DNA from: Acidiferrobacterales bacterium
Lineage (GTDB): Bacteria; Pseudomonadota; Gammaproteobacteria; Acidiferrobacterales; Sulfurifustaceae
Assembly (NCBI GenBank): GCA_015492195.1
Contig: WGFP01000001.1
Location: 1 to 33,707, forward strand
Length of the DNA: 33,707 nucleotides
Direction: 5' to 3'
Part shown: piece after piece, positions 7,390-16,963 of the stretch
How the letters are laid out: the number at the start of each line of letters is the position of its first letter
How positions within the stretch are numbered: position 1 is the first letter of the stretch
Program-made: the position numbers and the translations under genes
The notes under the pieces: model-generated
Seen by the model: only the letters and a program-made list of their open reading frames with translations
What the model was told of the DNA's origin: nothing
Database searches by the model: none

Positions 7390-9087
7390 ATGAAAAATAC
7401 GGCATTGTTTTTAATCCTGCGGCGGATGCGGCTTCCGCTGCTGGTGTTGATTACCGCCTACGCCGTGTCGATTCTCGGGCTCGTGCTCATTCCGGGCGTG
7501 GACGCGGAGGGCAGGCCGTATCAGCTGGATTTTTTTCACGCCTTCTATATCGTCACCTACACGGTCACGACCATCGGTTTCGGTGAGCTGCCCTATGCCT
7601 TCACCGATGGCCAGCGAATGTGGATCACGGCTTCCATTTATCTGGGCGTGGTGGCCTGGCTCTACGCCATCGGTGCCCTGATCACGCTTCTCCAGGATTC
7701 CGCCTTCCGTCAGGTCATTCGGGAAAACCGTTTTGCATACAGCGTGCGCCGTATCCGCGAACCCTTCTACATTGTCTGCGGTTACGGAGATACGGGCAGG
7801 CTGGTGGTGCGCGCCATGACACAGCACGGCCTGTCTTCCGTGGTTGTTGACAACAACCAGGATCGCATCAATGAGTTGTCCCTTGAGAATCTTGGCGTGT
7901 ATGTTCCCGGGCTGCGCGCCGATGCGAGCCAGCCAGGCGCCCTGATCATGTCGGGCCTGAAGCATCCGCGATGCGCGGGGGTGGTGGCGATCACCAGCGT
8001 GGACTCGATCAATCTCAAGATCGCCATCACCTGCAAGTTGCTTAATCCGGAGTTGACGGTGATCTGCCGTGCCCAAACCCACGATGCCAAGGCCAACATG
8101 GAGTCGTTCGGCACGGATGCCGTGATTAATCCTTTCGATACCTTTGCGGGCCGTCTGGCAATGGCGCTGCACTCACCCGATATGTATCTGGTCTATGAAT
8201 GGTTGACGGAAATCCCCGGTTTGCCTTTGCCGCTTGCCATCCATCCGCCGCACGGGACCTGGGTGTTGTGCGGTTACGGTCGTTTCGGCAAGGCGGTGCA
8301 CCGCTATTTGCACTATGAAGGGTTGCCGACGGTTATTATCGAGGCGGACCCGGAGGGCACCGGCGCGCCGGAGGATGCGGTGGTCGGCCGCGGCACCGAG
8401 GCCGTCACCCTGCGCGAGGCGCACATTGAAAAGGCCGTGGGAATCGTGGCGGGCACCGACGACGACGCCAACAACCTGTCCATTATCATGACGGCGCGTG
8501 ACCTCAACAAAAATCTATTTCTGGTAGCGCGCCAGAATAGAAGCGAGAACGAACCCATTTTCAAGGCCGCCGGGCTTGATCTCGTCATGCAGCGCTCGCG
8601 CGTGATCGCGAACCGGATCCTCTCCCTGATCCGGACACCGTTGTTGACGGATTTTCTGCGCCTGGCGCGCCATAAAAACAACGAGTGGGCGAAAAGGCTC
8701 ATCGAACAGCTATGGCCGGTGATCGGCAATGTCTCGCCCGACCTGTGGGCGGTCGAACTTTCCCAAGACGCCGCGCCCGCGGTTTACGAGGCGCTCGAGG
8801 CGGGGCGGGACATCCGCCTGGCGCATCTTCTTATGGACCCGCGTAACCACAATGAGCGCCTCATGGGTATGCCGTTGCTCTTGATGCGTGCGGAGGAGGA
8901 GCAGCTGTTGCCGGATGAGGACACCCCGTTACAGCCCGGTGATCGATTGCTTTTTTGTGGACGGCAAGGCATTTCGGGACGGATGCAGTGGGTGCTCAAG
9001 AACCATAATGTCTTGGCCTATCTCGAATCGGGCAAGGCCCAGCCGGAAGGATATATTTTCCGCTGGTTGGCAAAGCGCGCCGAGTGA
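7390..9087 (+). CDS. potassium channel protein with two RCK/TrkA-N domains
   Basis: 2TM pore module with selectivity-filter-like TVTTIGFGE. Two Rossmann GxGxxG motifs (IVCGYGDTGR, VLCGYGRFGK) are typical of RCK domains. Confidence 0.8.
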   Translation: MKNTALFLILRRMRLPLLVLITAYAVSILGLVLIPGVDAEGRPYQLDFFHAFYIVTYTVTTIGFGELPYAFTDGQRMWITASIYLGVVAWLYAIGALITLLQDSAFRQVIRENRFAYSVRRIREPFYIVCGYGDTGRLVVRAMTQHGLSSVVVDNNQDRINELSLENLGVYVPGLRADASQPGALIMSGLKHPRCAGVVAITSVDSINLKIAITCKLLNPELTVICRAQTHDAKANMESFGTDAVINPFDTFAGRLAMALHSPDMYLVYEWLTEIPGLPLPLAIHPPHGTWVLCGYGRFGKAVHRYLHYEGLPTVIIEADPEGTGAPEDAVVGRGTEAVTLREAHIEKAVGIVAGTDDDANNLSIIMTARDLNKNLFLVARQNRSENEPIFKAAGLDLVMQRSRVIANRILSLIRTPLLTDFLRLARHKNNEWAKRLIEQLWPVIGNVSPDLWAVELSQDAAPAVYEALEAGRDIRLAHLLMDPRNHNERLMGMPLLLMRAEEEQLLPDEDTPLQPGDRLLFCGRQGISGRMQWVLKNHNVLAYLESGKAQPEGYIFRWLAKRAE

Positions 9088-9123
9088 GACAATATATTTA
9101 AAGCAACGTAGGAGGGCCGTGCG

Positions 9124-9594
9124 ATGTCGCTGACGCTTACATCTTCCGCATTCAACCATAACGGTGAAATTCCCGCGCGCTACACCTGTGACGGTGACGA
9201 CATTTCGCCCGCCCTGGCCTGGGCCGGCGTGCCCAAGGAGGCCAAGAGCCTGGTTTTAATCGTGGATGATCCCGACGCCCCCGATCCCGCAGCGCCCAAG
9301 ATGACCTGGGTTCATTGGGTGCTCTACAACATGCCAACGGATGCCGCCGCTTTGCCCGAGGCCGTCGCATCGCCAGATTTGCCGGCGGGCACCAAGGAAG
9401 GCATAAACGACTGGAAACGCACCGGCTACGGCGGTCCTTGTCCGCCCATCGGCCGTCATCGGTATTTTCATAAACTCTACGCCCTGGACACCGTGCTGCC
9501 CGATCTCAATCAACCGACCAAGGCGCAACTCGAGCAGGCCATGCAAGGGCATGTTCTTGCGCAAGCGGAATTGATCGGGACCTATCAGCGTTAA
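9124..9594 (+). CDS. YbhB/YbcL family Raf-kinase-inhibitor-like (PEBP) protein
   Basis: Motifs LVLIVDDPDAP, WVHWVLYN and GYGGPCPPIGRHRYFHKLYALD are characteristic of bacterial PEBP proteins. AGGAGG Shine-Dalgarno upstream. Confidence 0.85.
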   Translation: MSLTLTSSAFNHNGEIPARYTCDGDDISPALAWAGVPKEAKSLVLIVDDPDAPDPAAPKMTWVHWVLYNMPTDAAALPEAVASPDLPAGTKEGINDWKRTGYGGPCPPIGRHRYFHKLYALDTVLPDLNQPTKAQLEQAMQGHVLAQAELIGTYQR

Positions 9595-9957
9595 GAAGAA
9601 GAGGAAGCGGCGGATTCTTGGAAAAGCGGAAAAAGGGGACGCTACCCTTTATATTATGTCTCATCTCTTTTTTCAGCCTTGCCGGTGGATGATATTGTAG
9701 TAGTCTTCCAGCAAGTTTTTCCAGATTCTTTATAAATCGATCTGTTCAAAAACCAAGGTCAGATTACAGTGTCTGCTAATATATCCTTTACTGTTGATAA
9801 ACATAGTAAAGGTGTAGCCCCTTCTTCAATGCGTGGTCGCCCAGAAATACCAGGACGGGGAGGAACGATATTCGCGATAACCCCAATTTCTGCAAATGAG
9901 TTCCGGCCCGAGTGCAGGTGATCAGGCAGGGTTTTCAAACGGTGGACGTGACGTCGG

Positions 9958-11487
9958 TTAATGACCGATCGTTTGTGCCTGTTCCAGCGGTTTGTTCTTG
10001 GGAACGGCCTCCGGATAGAGTTCGGTCAGGGGGACGGAGCGGCCGTTTTCAATCACGATGCGTGCGTGATAGCGGCGCAGCTTGCGCGGCTCCGGCACCC
10101 CGCAGGAGTGCGCGATCATCCCCACGGCGTGGACGATGTTGCGCGCGTAGTTTGCGACGCGAACGGCCTTGCGTTTGGGATCCAGGCCGCGCTGTAGCTT
10201 GGGATTGTGAGTGGTGACACCCGTGGGGCAGGTGTCCTTGTTGCATCGCAGGGCCTGGATGCAGCCGAGCGAGAACATGAAGCCGCGGGCGGAGTTGACG
10301 AAATCCGCGCCCACGCACAGGGCCCAGGCGACCTCCGTGGGCGTGATCAATTTGCCGGAGGCGATGACCCTGACCCGTTCATGCAGGCCGTATTCCGTCA
10401 GTTTGTTGATCACCAGCGGCAGGCTCTCGCGCAGCGGCAGGCCCACGTTGTCCATCAGGCTCATGGGCGCGGCGCCGCTGCCGCCGTCGGCGCTGTCTAC
10501 GGTAATAAAGTCGGGGGCGCTCTCGACGCCGCGTTTGGTTATTTCGCTAAATAAATTATCAAGCCAGCCGTAGGCGCCGATGACCGTTTTAAAGCCGGTG
10601 GGTTTGCCGGTGACGGTGCGGATCCGTTCGATCATGTCCAGGAGATCGCCGTTGGTGTTGATCTCGGGATGACGGTTGGGACTAATGGAATCCTGGTAGG
10701 CCGGGATGCCCCGTATCGCGGCGATTTCCGGCGTCACTTTTGCGCCGGGAAGAATGCCGCCCTTGCCGGGTTTGGCGCCCTGGCTTAACTTCAATTCGAA
10801 CATGCGCACCCGTTCATGGGCCGCCACCTCACGTAATTTCTCATCGTCGAGCACGCCGTAGTGATTACGCACGCCGTATTTGGCCGTGCCGATCTGGAAC
10901 ACAAGGTTGGCGCCGCCCTCCAAGTGATACGGCGACAACCCGCCTTCGCCGGTGTTCAGCCAGCAGCCCGCCATGCGCGCGCCGTTTGAAAGCGCGAGCA
11001 CGGCGGGTTTGGAGATCGCCCCGTAACTCATCGCCGAGATGTTAAACAGGGAATCCGTCGTGTAAGGGTTCTTGCAGTGGGGGCCGATGGTAATCGGGTG
11101 GGGCGGGGCGGCGTCGACTTCGAGCGTGGGAAAGGGGCAGTTGACAAAAAGAACGGTCCCGGTCGGGCGGAGATCGCGCGTTGACCCGAACGCGACCGTG
11201 TTATCGATATTCTTCGCAGCGCGATAGACCCAACTGCGCTCGGCGCGGTTAAAGGGCAGCTCCTCGCGGTCCATGGCAAAAAAGTATTGCCGGAAGAACT
11301 CGCCCAGCCGCTCGAACAAGCCTCGAAAGCGTCCGATGATCGGAAAGTTTCGGCGGATGGCGTGTTCGGTCTGGTTGACGTCGAGGATATATAAAATGAC
11401 GAGGCCCAGCGCCACGGTTCCGACGACGAAGACGAAGGTGTAGACCAGAATCTGCAGAATCGTTAACAGCGCGCCGTCCATATCCAT
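9958..11487 (-). CDS. FMN-binding glutamate synthase family protein with N-terminal TM helix
   Basis: 509 aa. N-terminal hydrophobic helix, then GltB-domain-2-like motifs (SAMSYGAIS, GEGG, KLSQGAKPGKGG, VDSADGGSGAAP). GGGAGG Shine-Dalgarno; ATG 11481 is an alternative start. Confidence 0.85.
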   Translation of the reverse strand: MDMDGALLTILQILVYTFVFVVGTVALGLVILYILDVNQTEHAIRRNFPIIGRFRGLFERLGEFFRQYFFAMDREELPFNRAERSWVYRAAKNIDNTVAFGSTRDLRPTGTVLFVNCPFPTLEVDAAPPHPITIGPHCKNPYTTDSLFNISAMSYGAISKPAVLALSNGARMAGCWLNTGEGGLSPYHLEGGANLVFQIGTAKYGVRNHYGVLDDEKLREVAAHERVRMFELKLSQGAKPGKGGILPGAKVTPEIAAIRGIPAYQDSISPNRHPEINTNGDLLDMIERIRTVTGKPTGFKTVIGAYGWLDNLFSEITKRGVESAPDFITVDSADGGSGAAPMSLMDNVGLPLRESLPLVINKLTEYGLHERVRVIASGKLITPTEVAWALCVGADFVNSARGFMFSLGCIQALRCNKDTCPTGVTTHNPKLQRGLDPKRKAVRVANYARNIVHAVGMIAHSCGVPEPRKLRRYHARIVIENGRSVPLTELYPEAVPKNKPLEQAQTIGH

Positions 11488-11596
11488 CCTCCCGGTAAAT
11501 TGTATAGCTTGCCCGTGACGCGGCGCAAAGAAGTTTCTGGGAAATTACAACGCGCGGCCAAAGACCGGTATCACGTTATGTAAGACCGCGAGGCCG

Positions 11597-12280
11597 TTAC
11601 TTGGTTTCAAAATGTATCATGGAGAAATCCCCGGCTTGCGTGTGTTCCGCGCCGGTGTCCACGGCGCCGTCCCGCACCAGCCATTCGGTCTCCATGCCGG
11701 CTTCGCGCGCGGCATCGAGCTCTGCTTTTATGTCCGAAAGGTACAGAATCTCGCCGGGGTTGAGGCCGATTGCTTTCGCAATCGCCCGATAAGCAGCCGG
11801 GTCTTTCTTGGCGCCGGTGGCGGTGTCGAAGTATCCGGAAAACAGGGGCGTCAGGTCGCCGTGCCCGGTGTGGCCGAAAAGGAGTTTCTGGGCCTGCACC
11901 GAACCCGAAGAAAAAACATAGAGGCGAATGCCTCGCGCTTTCCATTCCTTGAGACGGCGCACGGCGTCGTCGTAGATGTGCCCCTTGAAGTGCCCCTGTT
12001 TGTAGCCGGCCTCCCAGATCATTCCCTGAAGCGCCTTCAGCGGTGTGATTTTTTTGTCTTCGTCGATCCAGCGAATCAGTTGTTTGATAAGTTCGCCCTC
12101 ATTCAGGTTCTTATTGGCCGCTTTTTTCGCTTCGTCTAAAAGTTTCCTGACAGCGGGATCGGTTTTATGTTCGGCAATAAAATTCGCCATGCGCTCCCGG
12201 GAGTAGGGGAAGAGCACGTCCTTTACAAAGGACAGCGAAGAAGTGGTGCCCTCTATATCCGTGACAATGGCACGTATCAT
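11597..12280 (-). CDS. mtnC: acireductone synthase (enolase-phosphatase E1), methionine salvage
   Basis: N-terminus MIRAIVTDIEGTTSSLSFVKDVLFPY and the HAD motifs (VFSSGSV, YLSDIKAELDAA) match MtnC-type enolase-phosphatases. Confidence 0.8.
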   Translation of the reverse strand: MIRAIVTDIEGTTSSLSFVKDVLFPYSRERMANFIAEHKTDPAVRKLLDEAKKAANKNLNEGELIKQLIRWIDEDKKITPLKALQGMIWEAGYKQGHFKGHIYDDAVRRLKEWKARGIRLYVFSSGSVQAQKLLFGHTGHGDLTPLFSGYFDTATGAKKDPAAYRAIAKAIGLNPGEILYLSDIKAELDAAREAGMETEWLVRDGAVDTGAEHTQAGDFSMIHFETK

Positions 12281-12303
12281 CCTTCATACACTTTACTACA
12301 GCG

Positions 12304-12576
12304 TCACGCGGACAGGCCACCGGATATCCCGGAGACGGCTTTAAACCTGAATTTGTAGCGGCAAGGAAGGTCCACAATCCCCTGCCGTCTGCGCAAATAC
12401 CGAAGATACAGCTTCGCGCTTCTGAAGCCCTCCCGAAAAGACAGCCTGAAATATTCCGCTTTATTGAGTTGGCCGCCTTTTAAGGCGTGTTCGAATCCGG
12501 CGGAAAAACGGTCCGCCATTAAATGCGGGGGGATTTGCACCCCCACTTCCCGGGGTGTCGGATAGTGGTATTCCAT
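12304..12576 (-). CDS. hypothetical small basic protein
   Basis: 90-aa ORF with a GAGGTG Shine-Dalgarno 6 nt upstream of the ATG. It ends 23 nt before mtnC on the same strand. No recognisable motif. Confidence 0.5.
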   Translation of the reverse strand: MEYHYPTPREVGVQIPPHLMADRFSAGFEHALKGGQLNKAEYFRLSFREGFRSAKLYLRYLRRRQGIVDLPCRYKFRFKAVSGISGGLSA

Positions 12577-12753
12577 GGCGCCACCTCGCTTCGCTGACCT
12601 CTATACCTAATAACTATAGTATTGGATGACACGCTTTCACTGTTTTTTGGCCCGTTTGTTGGAAAACGGGCTTTACAGGAATCGGGTTTATCCATTAGCC
12701 TTGATGCTTCGCTTTTATGATCGCTGCCGGCCGCTTAAAATAAGAAAGAATAT

Positions 12754-13620
12754 ATGGATATCTCCCATCCTCGTCGTTTACCCCTATTGATTATTTTGCT
12801 GTGGACGTTGATGCTCGGCGCCTGCGGCACCACGCGTTCCATGCTGGACGCCGAGGGAAATCCGCAAACAGCGGGGGGCGCACTCGGCGCGGAAGAAAAC
12901 GGCGAGAACGATCCCTTCGAGGGATTCAACCGGGCGATGTTCAAGTTCAATCAGAAGGTGGACAAGTACGCGCTCAAGCCGGTTGCGAAGGGCTATCGTG
13001 CCGTTTTGCCCTCGCCGGTCAGAAAAGGCGTATCCAATTTTTTCAGCAACCTGCGGGAACCGATCGTGATCCTCAATGCTTTGCTTCAAGGCAAGTTTAT
13101 CCAGGCGGTATCGGACTTGAGCCGGTTTATCTGGAACACCACCGCGGGTCTCTACGGGTTGATTGACGTGGCCTCTCACATGGGGATGGAAAAACACCAC
13201 GAGGATTTCGGTCAGACGCTGGGAAAGTGGGGCGTCGGGGAGGGGCCTTACTTGGTCCTGCCGTTTTTGGGTCCGAGCAACGTCCGCGACAGCGCCGGCC
13301 TGGTCGTGGATTACGAGACCTATCCGCCTACCCATATGGAAGAACAAAGCACGCGCGACAAGCTTTTGTTGACGGAGACGGTCAATAAACGTTCGCAACT
13401 GCTTGAAGCCGGCGACATCCTGGAACAGGCCGCCGGCCAAGACCCTTACATTTTTGTGCGCGAGGCCTATCGTCAACGGCGCCGGAACCTGATTTACGAC
13501 GGCAATCCTCCCGCGCCGGAGCCGCCCGATTTCCTGTTTGAAGACGACGCCAAGCCCGCGTCTGATAACACTGCGCTCGCTGACGAGCGTTCACCGCCCA
13601 CTGACGCGCCGGTGCAATAA
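12754..13620 (+). CDS. mlaA: MlaA/VacJ family outer-membrane lipoprotein
   Basis: Lipobox LMLGAC after a signal peptide. Conserved DPFEGFNRAMFKFN and SNFFSNLREP motifs of the VacJ family. Confidence 0.85.
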   Translation: MDISHPRRLPLLIILLWTLMLGACGTTRSMLDAEGNPQTAGGALGAEENGENDPFEGFNRAMFKFNQKVDKYALKPVAKGYRAVLPSPVRKGVSNFFSNLREPIVILNALLQGKFIQAVSDLSRFIWNTTAGLYGLIDVASHMGMEKHHEDFGQTLGKWGVGEGPYLVLPFLGPSNVRDSAGLVVDYETYPPTHMEEQSTRDKLLLTETVNKRSQLLEAGDILEQAAGQDPYIFVREAYRQRRRNLIYDGNPPAPEPPDFLFEDDAKPASDNTALADERSPPTDAPVQ

Positions 13621-13628
13621 TAAAAAGC

Positions 13629-14216
13629 ATGCAACGTCTGTCGATCCTGTTGTTTGCCAGTGGATGGTTGGTGGTTGCATATTTGGTTTCAAGCGTCCAG
13701 GCGCAAGAGCAGGCGCCGGGACCGATCCAGGGCAACAAGGAGGGAATAAGCTATCGCCTTTCCGTACCTACCGTGGAGCAGATCGCCGCGTTTTACGAAG
13801 GCCGCGGATTTCCCCGCCGGGCGATTCAGGCGTTGACCAAGGCCTGTTTTATTACGGTCTTTCTGGCCAACCGTCGGCAAGACGTCGTCTGGCTGGAGCT
13901 GAATCGCTGGCGGTTTGTTGACGCGCAGGGCAAGGAGGTGCCGCGCTTGCCGCGTCCCCATTGGAATGCCCTGTGGCAAAAATTGGACGTGCCGCCGGCC
14001 CACCGTGCCACCTTCGGCTGGACCCAGTTGCCCGAGCGCCGTGATCTGCGCCCGCAAGAACCGGTCGGCGGCAACGTGACAGTGGTTCCGCCACGAGGTA
14101 CGTTCACGCTTGAGGCCCGGTTCTACACCGGCGCGCGCAAGGAGGGCAAAGACATCGTGCTGCGTTTTGCCGGCCTCGCCTGTCCGGGGCGCGCGGCGAA
14201 GGAGGTGAATCCGTGA
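13629..14216 (+). CDS. exported protein of unknown function
   Basis: 195 aa with signal peptide MQRLSILLFASGWLVVAYLVSSVQA. Starts 8 nt after the mlaA stop. Its stop overlaps the GTG start of the next gene (GTGA). Confidence 0.65.
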   Translation: MQRLSILLFASGWLVVAYLVSSVQAQEQAPGPIQGNKEGISYRLSVPTVEQIAAFYEGRGFPRRAIQALTKACFITVFLANRRQDVVWLELNRWRFVDAQGKEVPRLPRPHWNALWQKLDVPPAHRATFGWTQLPERRDLRPQEPVGGNVTVVPPRGTFTLEARFYTGARKEGKDIVLRFAGLACPGRAAKEVNP

Positions 14217-14758
14217 GACGGGTCGTGCTGCTTTTCTGGCTGTGGTGGGCGCCGTTCGGATTGAGCGCCGGCGAGTTGCCGGTGGGTTTGATCCCGCTCG
14301 ACGGCCGGCCGGCGCCGCCGCTGCGTTTGGCCGATATGAGCGGGAAGGTGACCGATCTGAAGGGCCTGCGGGGGCGGTGGGTGATGGTGCACTTCTGGGC
14401 CAGCTGGTGCCGGCCCTGCCGCAAGGAGATGCCGAGCATTCAGCGGATGGCGGAACAGCTGGTGCCGCAGCACTTGCAGCTGGTGATGGTCAATACCGCC
14501 GAAACCGACGAGACCGTGTTTTCCTTTCTTGCCGTGGTCACGCCGGACCTCGATACCCTGATGGATCGCGACGGCCAAGTGACCGACCGCTGGCAGCCGC
14601 GGGGCCTGCCCTCGAGTTTTTTTGTCGACCCCCAAGGCCGGCTGCGCTATCTGGCCCTCGGCGGGCGGAAGTGGGACACACCGCCGTATATGTCGTTTTT
14701 ACGCGCATTGCCCGGTTCTTTGCCGCCTCCGGGAGGGCCGAAGAACGGCCCGAAATAG
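14213..14758 (+). CDS. TlpA-family periplasmic thiol:disulfide oxidoreductase (thioredoxin fold)
   Basis: Signal peptide, then the active-site context VMVHFWASWCRPCRKEMP (WCxxC). AAGGAGG Shine-Dalgarno 7 nt before the GTG start. Confidence 0.8.
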   Translation: MRRVVLLFWLWWAPFGLSAGELPVGLIPLDGRPAPPLRLADMSGKVTDLKGLRGRWVMVHFWASWCRPCRKEMPSIQRMAEQLVPQHLQLVMVNTAETDETVFSFLAVVTPDLDTLMDRDGQVTDRWQPRGLPSSFFVDPQGRLRYLALGGRKWDTPPYMSFLRALPGSLPPPGGPKNGPK

Positions 14759-14879
14759 GTCGCCGCCCTTCTTTCTCGCTTAAATAAAGGTTAAAATCCC
14801 GCGCTTTATGTAAAGCCGCCCGGATTCCCGCCGGCGGGGCATGCCGAAAGGCGTAAATACCGAAGAGGAACGAATATTA

Positions 14880-15125
14880 ATGGTGACCATACGTTTGGCC
14901 CGCAGCGGCGCCAAAAAACGGCCTTATTACCGGATCGTCGTTGCCGACCGGCGACGCGCGCCCAACGGGCGCTGTATCGAGCGCATCGGTTTTTTCAATC
15001 CGCTCGCCACGGATCAGGAAGAAAAGTTACGCGTGGACATGGCGCGGGTGCAGTACTGGCTGGGCCAGGGGGCCAAACCGAGTGAACGCGTGGCGCGCCT
15101 GATGAAGCAGGTCGCGGCCGCCTAA
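14880..15125 (+). CDS. rpsP: 30S ribosomal protein S16
   Basis: [25 protein letters not shown] is the canonical S16 N-terminus. Start moved to ATG 14880 (Shine-Dalgarno GAAGAGGA upstream) instead of track start 14841. Confidence 0.95.
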   Translation: MVTIRLARSGAKKRPYYRIVVADRRRAPNGRCIERIGFFNPLATDQEEKLRVDMARVQYWLGQGAKPSERVARLMKQVAAA

Positions 15126-15135
15126 CCACGGGGGC

Positions 15136-15681
15136 ATGACCGGTTCCCGGCAGGGGCATTCCCGTCCGGCGGTCCCTGAGGACCTGGTGATTGTCGGCCA
15201 CGTGGCCGGTCTTTTTGGGGTACGCGGCTGGGTCAAGGTTTATTCCCATACCCGCCCGCGGGAGGCGATTTTGGGATACACCCCGTGGCTGATAAAACAG
15301 CAGGATCGCTGGCAGGAACGGGCGCTCCTTGAAGGGCGCCCCCAGGGCAAAGGCCTCGTCGCCCATCTTGCAGATTGTACCGACCGGGATCAGGCGAACG
15401 ACTTGATCGGCGCCGACATCGCCGTCCGGATGGAACAGCTCCCGGTCCTGAAGGAAGGCGAGTACTACTGGGCGCAGCTGGAGGGCCTGAAGGTGGTGAA
15501 TAGCGCCGGTCAGGAACTGGGCACGGTCAGCCACCTGTTTGAAACCGGCGGCGCCAATGATGTCATGGTGGTGCGGGGTCGGCGTGAGCGGTTGGTCCCG
15601 TTTATACCGGGCGTCATTTTGAACGTGGACCTGGAAGCGGGCGTGATCCGCGTGGACTGGGAGCCGGAAGACGGCGCGTAA
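15136..15681 (+). CDS. rimM: 16S rRNA processing protein RimM
   Basis: Position between rpsP and trmD. RimM-like VIVGHVAGLFGVRGWVKV and the PRC-barrel C-terminus. Confidence 0.9.
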   Translation: MTGSRQGHSRPAVPEDLVIVGHVAGLFGVRGWVKVYSHTRPREAILGYTPWLIKQQDRWQERALLEGRPQGKGLVAHLADCTDRDQANDLIGADIAVRMEQLPVLKEGEYYWAQLEGLKVVNSAGQELGTVSHLFETGGANDVMVVRGRRERLVPFIPGVILNVDLEAGVIRVDWEPEDGA

Positions 15682-15718
15682 GGACGCGGTGCCGCCCGCA
15701 AAACGATAGGGAAGACGC

Positions 15719-16477
15719 ATGAGAATTGATGTCATCAGCATCTTCCCGCAGATGTTTGAGGCGATCACCGGTTGCGGCATTACCGGGCGGGCGGTCAAAC
15801 GAGGTCTGCTCCGGTTTCAGGTGTGGGATCCGCGCGATTTTACCGAGGACAAACATCGCACGGTCGATGACCGTCCCTACGGCGGTGGGCCGGGCATGGT
15901 CATGCTGGCGGAGCCGCTGGCGAGGGCGATTACGGCGGCGCGGAGGCAACAGGAACCCGGCACAAAGGTTATCTACCTGACCCCCCAGGGACGCCGGCTG
16001 GATCATGCGGGGGTGCGGGAACTTGCGGCGCGCCCCGGGATGATCCTGTTGTCGGGGCGGTACGAGGGCGTGGATGAACGGCTCCTTGCCGCCGAGGTGG
16101 ATGAGGAATGGTCCATCGGCGACTACGTGCTCTCGGGCGGGGAGCTGGCGGCGATGATTGTGGTTGATGCCGTCACGCGCCAGTTGCCGGGCGCGCTCGG
16201 GGATGAGGATTCCGCGCAGCAGGATTCGTTTGTTGACGGCTTGCTCGATTATGAGCATTACACGCGCCCGGAAGTTTACGCCGGGCGACGGGTGCCGGAG
16301 GTGCTGTTGTCCGGCGATCACGAGAGAATTCGGCGGTGGCGGTTGAAGCAGGCGCTGGGGCGGACGTGGTTGCGGCGCCCGGACTTGCTGGAACGGCTAA
16401 AACTTGACGACGAACAGAAGACCTTGCTGGAAGAATTTCAGCGGGAATGTGTGAAGCAACCCAGGAGCGGAAAATGA
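15719..16477 (+). CDS. trmD: tRNA (guanine37-N1)-methyltransferase
   Basis: [27 protein letters not shown] and [12 protein letters not shown] motifs. Conserved operon position. Confidence 0.95.
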   Translation: MRIDVISIFPQMFEAITGCGITGRAVKRGLLRFQVWDPRDFTEDKHRTVDDRPYGGGPGMVMLAEPLARAITAARRQQEPGTKVIYLTPQGRRLDHAGVRELAARPGMILLSGRYEGVDERLLAAEVDEEWSIGDYVLSGGELAAMIVVDAVTRQLPGALGDEDSAQQDSFVDGLLDYEHYTRPEVYAGRRVPEVLLSGDHERIRRWRLKQALGRTWLRRPDLLERLKLDDEQKTLLEEFQRECVKQPRSGK

Positions 16478-16818
16478 GCAAAATCATCCAGGACATCGAA
16501 TCGCAGCAGATGAACAAAAAAATCCCGGCGTTCGGTCCCGGCGATACCATCAAGGTGCATGTAAAGGTCAAGGAAGGGGAGCGGGAACGCCTCCAGCCCT
16601 TCGAGGGAATGGTGATCGCCCGCCGCAACCGCGGGTTCAATTCTTCTTTTACCGTGCGCAAGGTGTCCTATGGGGAAGGGGTCGAGCGCGTCTTTCCCCT
16701 TTACAGCCCGGCGATCGCCAAGATTGAGGTCAAGCGCAGGGGGGACGTGCGCCGCGCCAAGCTTTATTACCTGCGCCAACGCACCGGCAAGGCGGCCCGT
16801 ATCCGCGAAAAGATCTGA
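16474..16818 (+). CDS. rplS: 50S ribosomal protein L19
   Basis: [35 protein letters not shown]... is canonical L19. Its ATG overlaps the trmD stop (ATGA). The track start at 16447 was rejected. Confidence 0.95.
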   Translation: MSKIIQDIESQQMNKKIPAFGPGDTIKVHVKVKEGERERLQPFEGMVIARRNRGFNSSFTVRKVSYGEGVERVFPLYSPAIAKIEVKRRGDVRRAKLYYLRQRTGKAARIREKI

Positions 16819-16857
16819 AACCGGACGGATTTATTCCGTTTGTTTTGTTATCCCTCC

Positions 16858-16890
16858 AAACCGGCATTATTCAATGCCGGTTTTTGTTTG
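16858..16890 (+). terminator. Rho-independent terminator of the rpsP operon
   Basis: Stem CCGGCATT (16861-16868) / AATGCCGG (16873-16880) with 4-nt loop ATTC, followed by TTTTTGTTTG. Begins 40 nt after the rplS stop. Confidence 0.8.
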
Positions 16891-16963
16891 CTCATGGCCT
16901 TGAACGTGCCCATCGGTTAAGCTGTCGCTTCCGAGATAGAATCGATCACACCGGCTGGAACCC

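Noticed and set aside
12489-12498. tRNA T-loop-like GTTCGAATCC
   Set aside because: The flanking bases (GCGTG / GGCGG) cannot form a T-stem and no cloverleaf can be drawn. It lies inside the 90-aa ORF.
12784-13476. 230-aa antisense ORF over mlaA. Similar long shadows occur at 998-1597, 3334-4173, 5184-5807, 7411-8172, 15614-16321, 23107-23784, 26324-27497 and 28302-29264.
   Set aside because: Each lies opposite a gene with clear family motifs. Each also has Arg/Gly/Pro/His-rich or otherwise non-protein-like composition and no ribosome-binding site.
14841-14879. Upstream extension of rpsP
   Set aside because: S16 proteins begin [11 protein letters not shown] 14880 has a purine-rich Shine-Dalgarno, and the extension has no homology.
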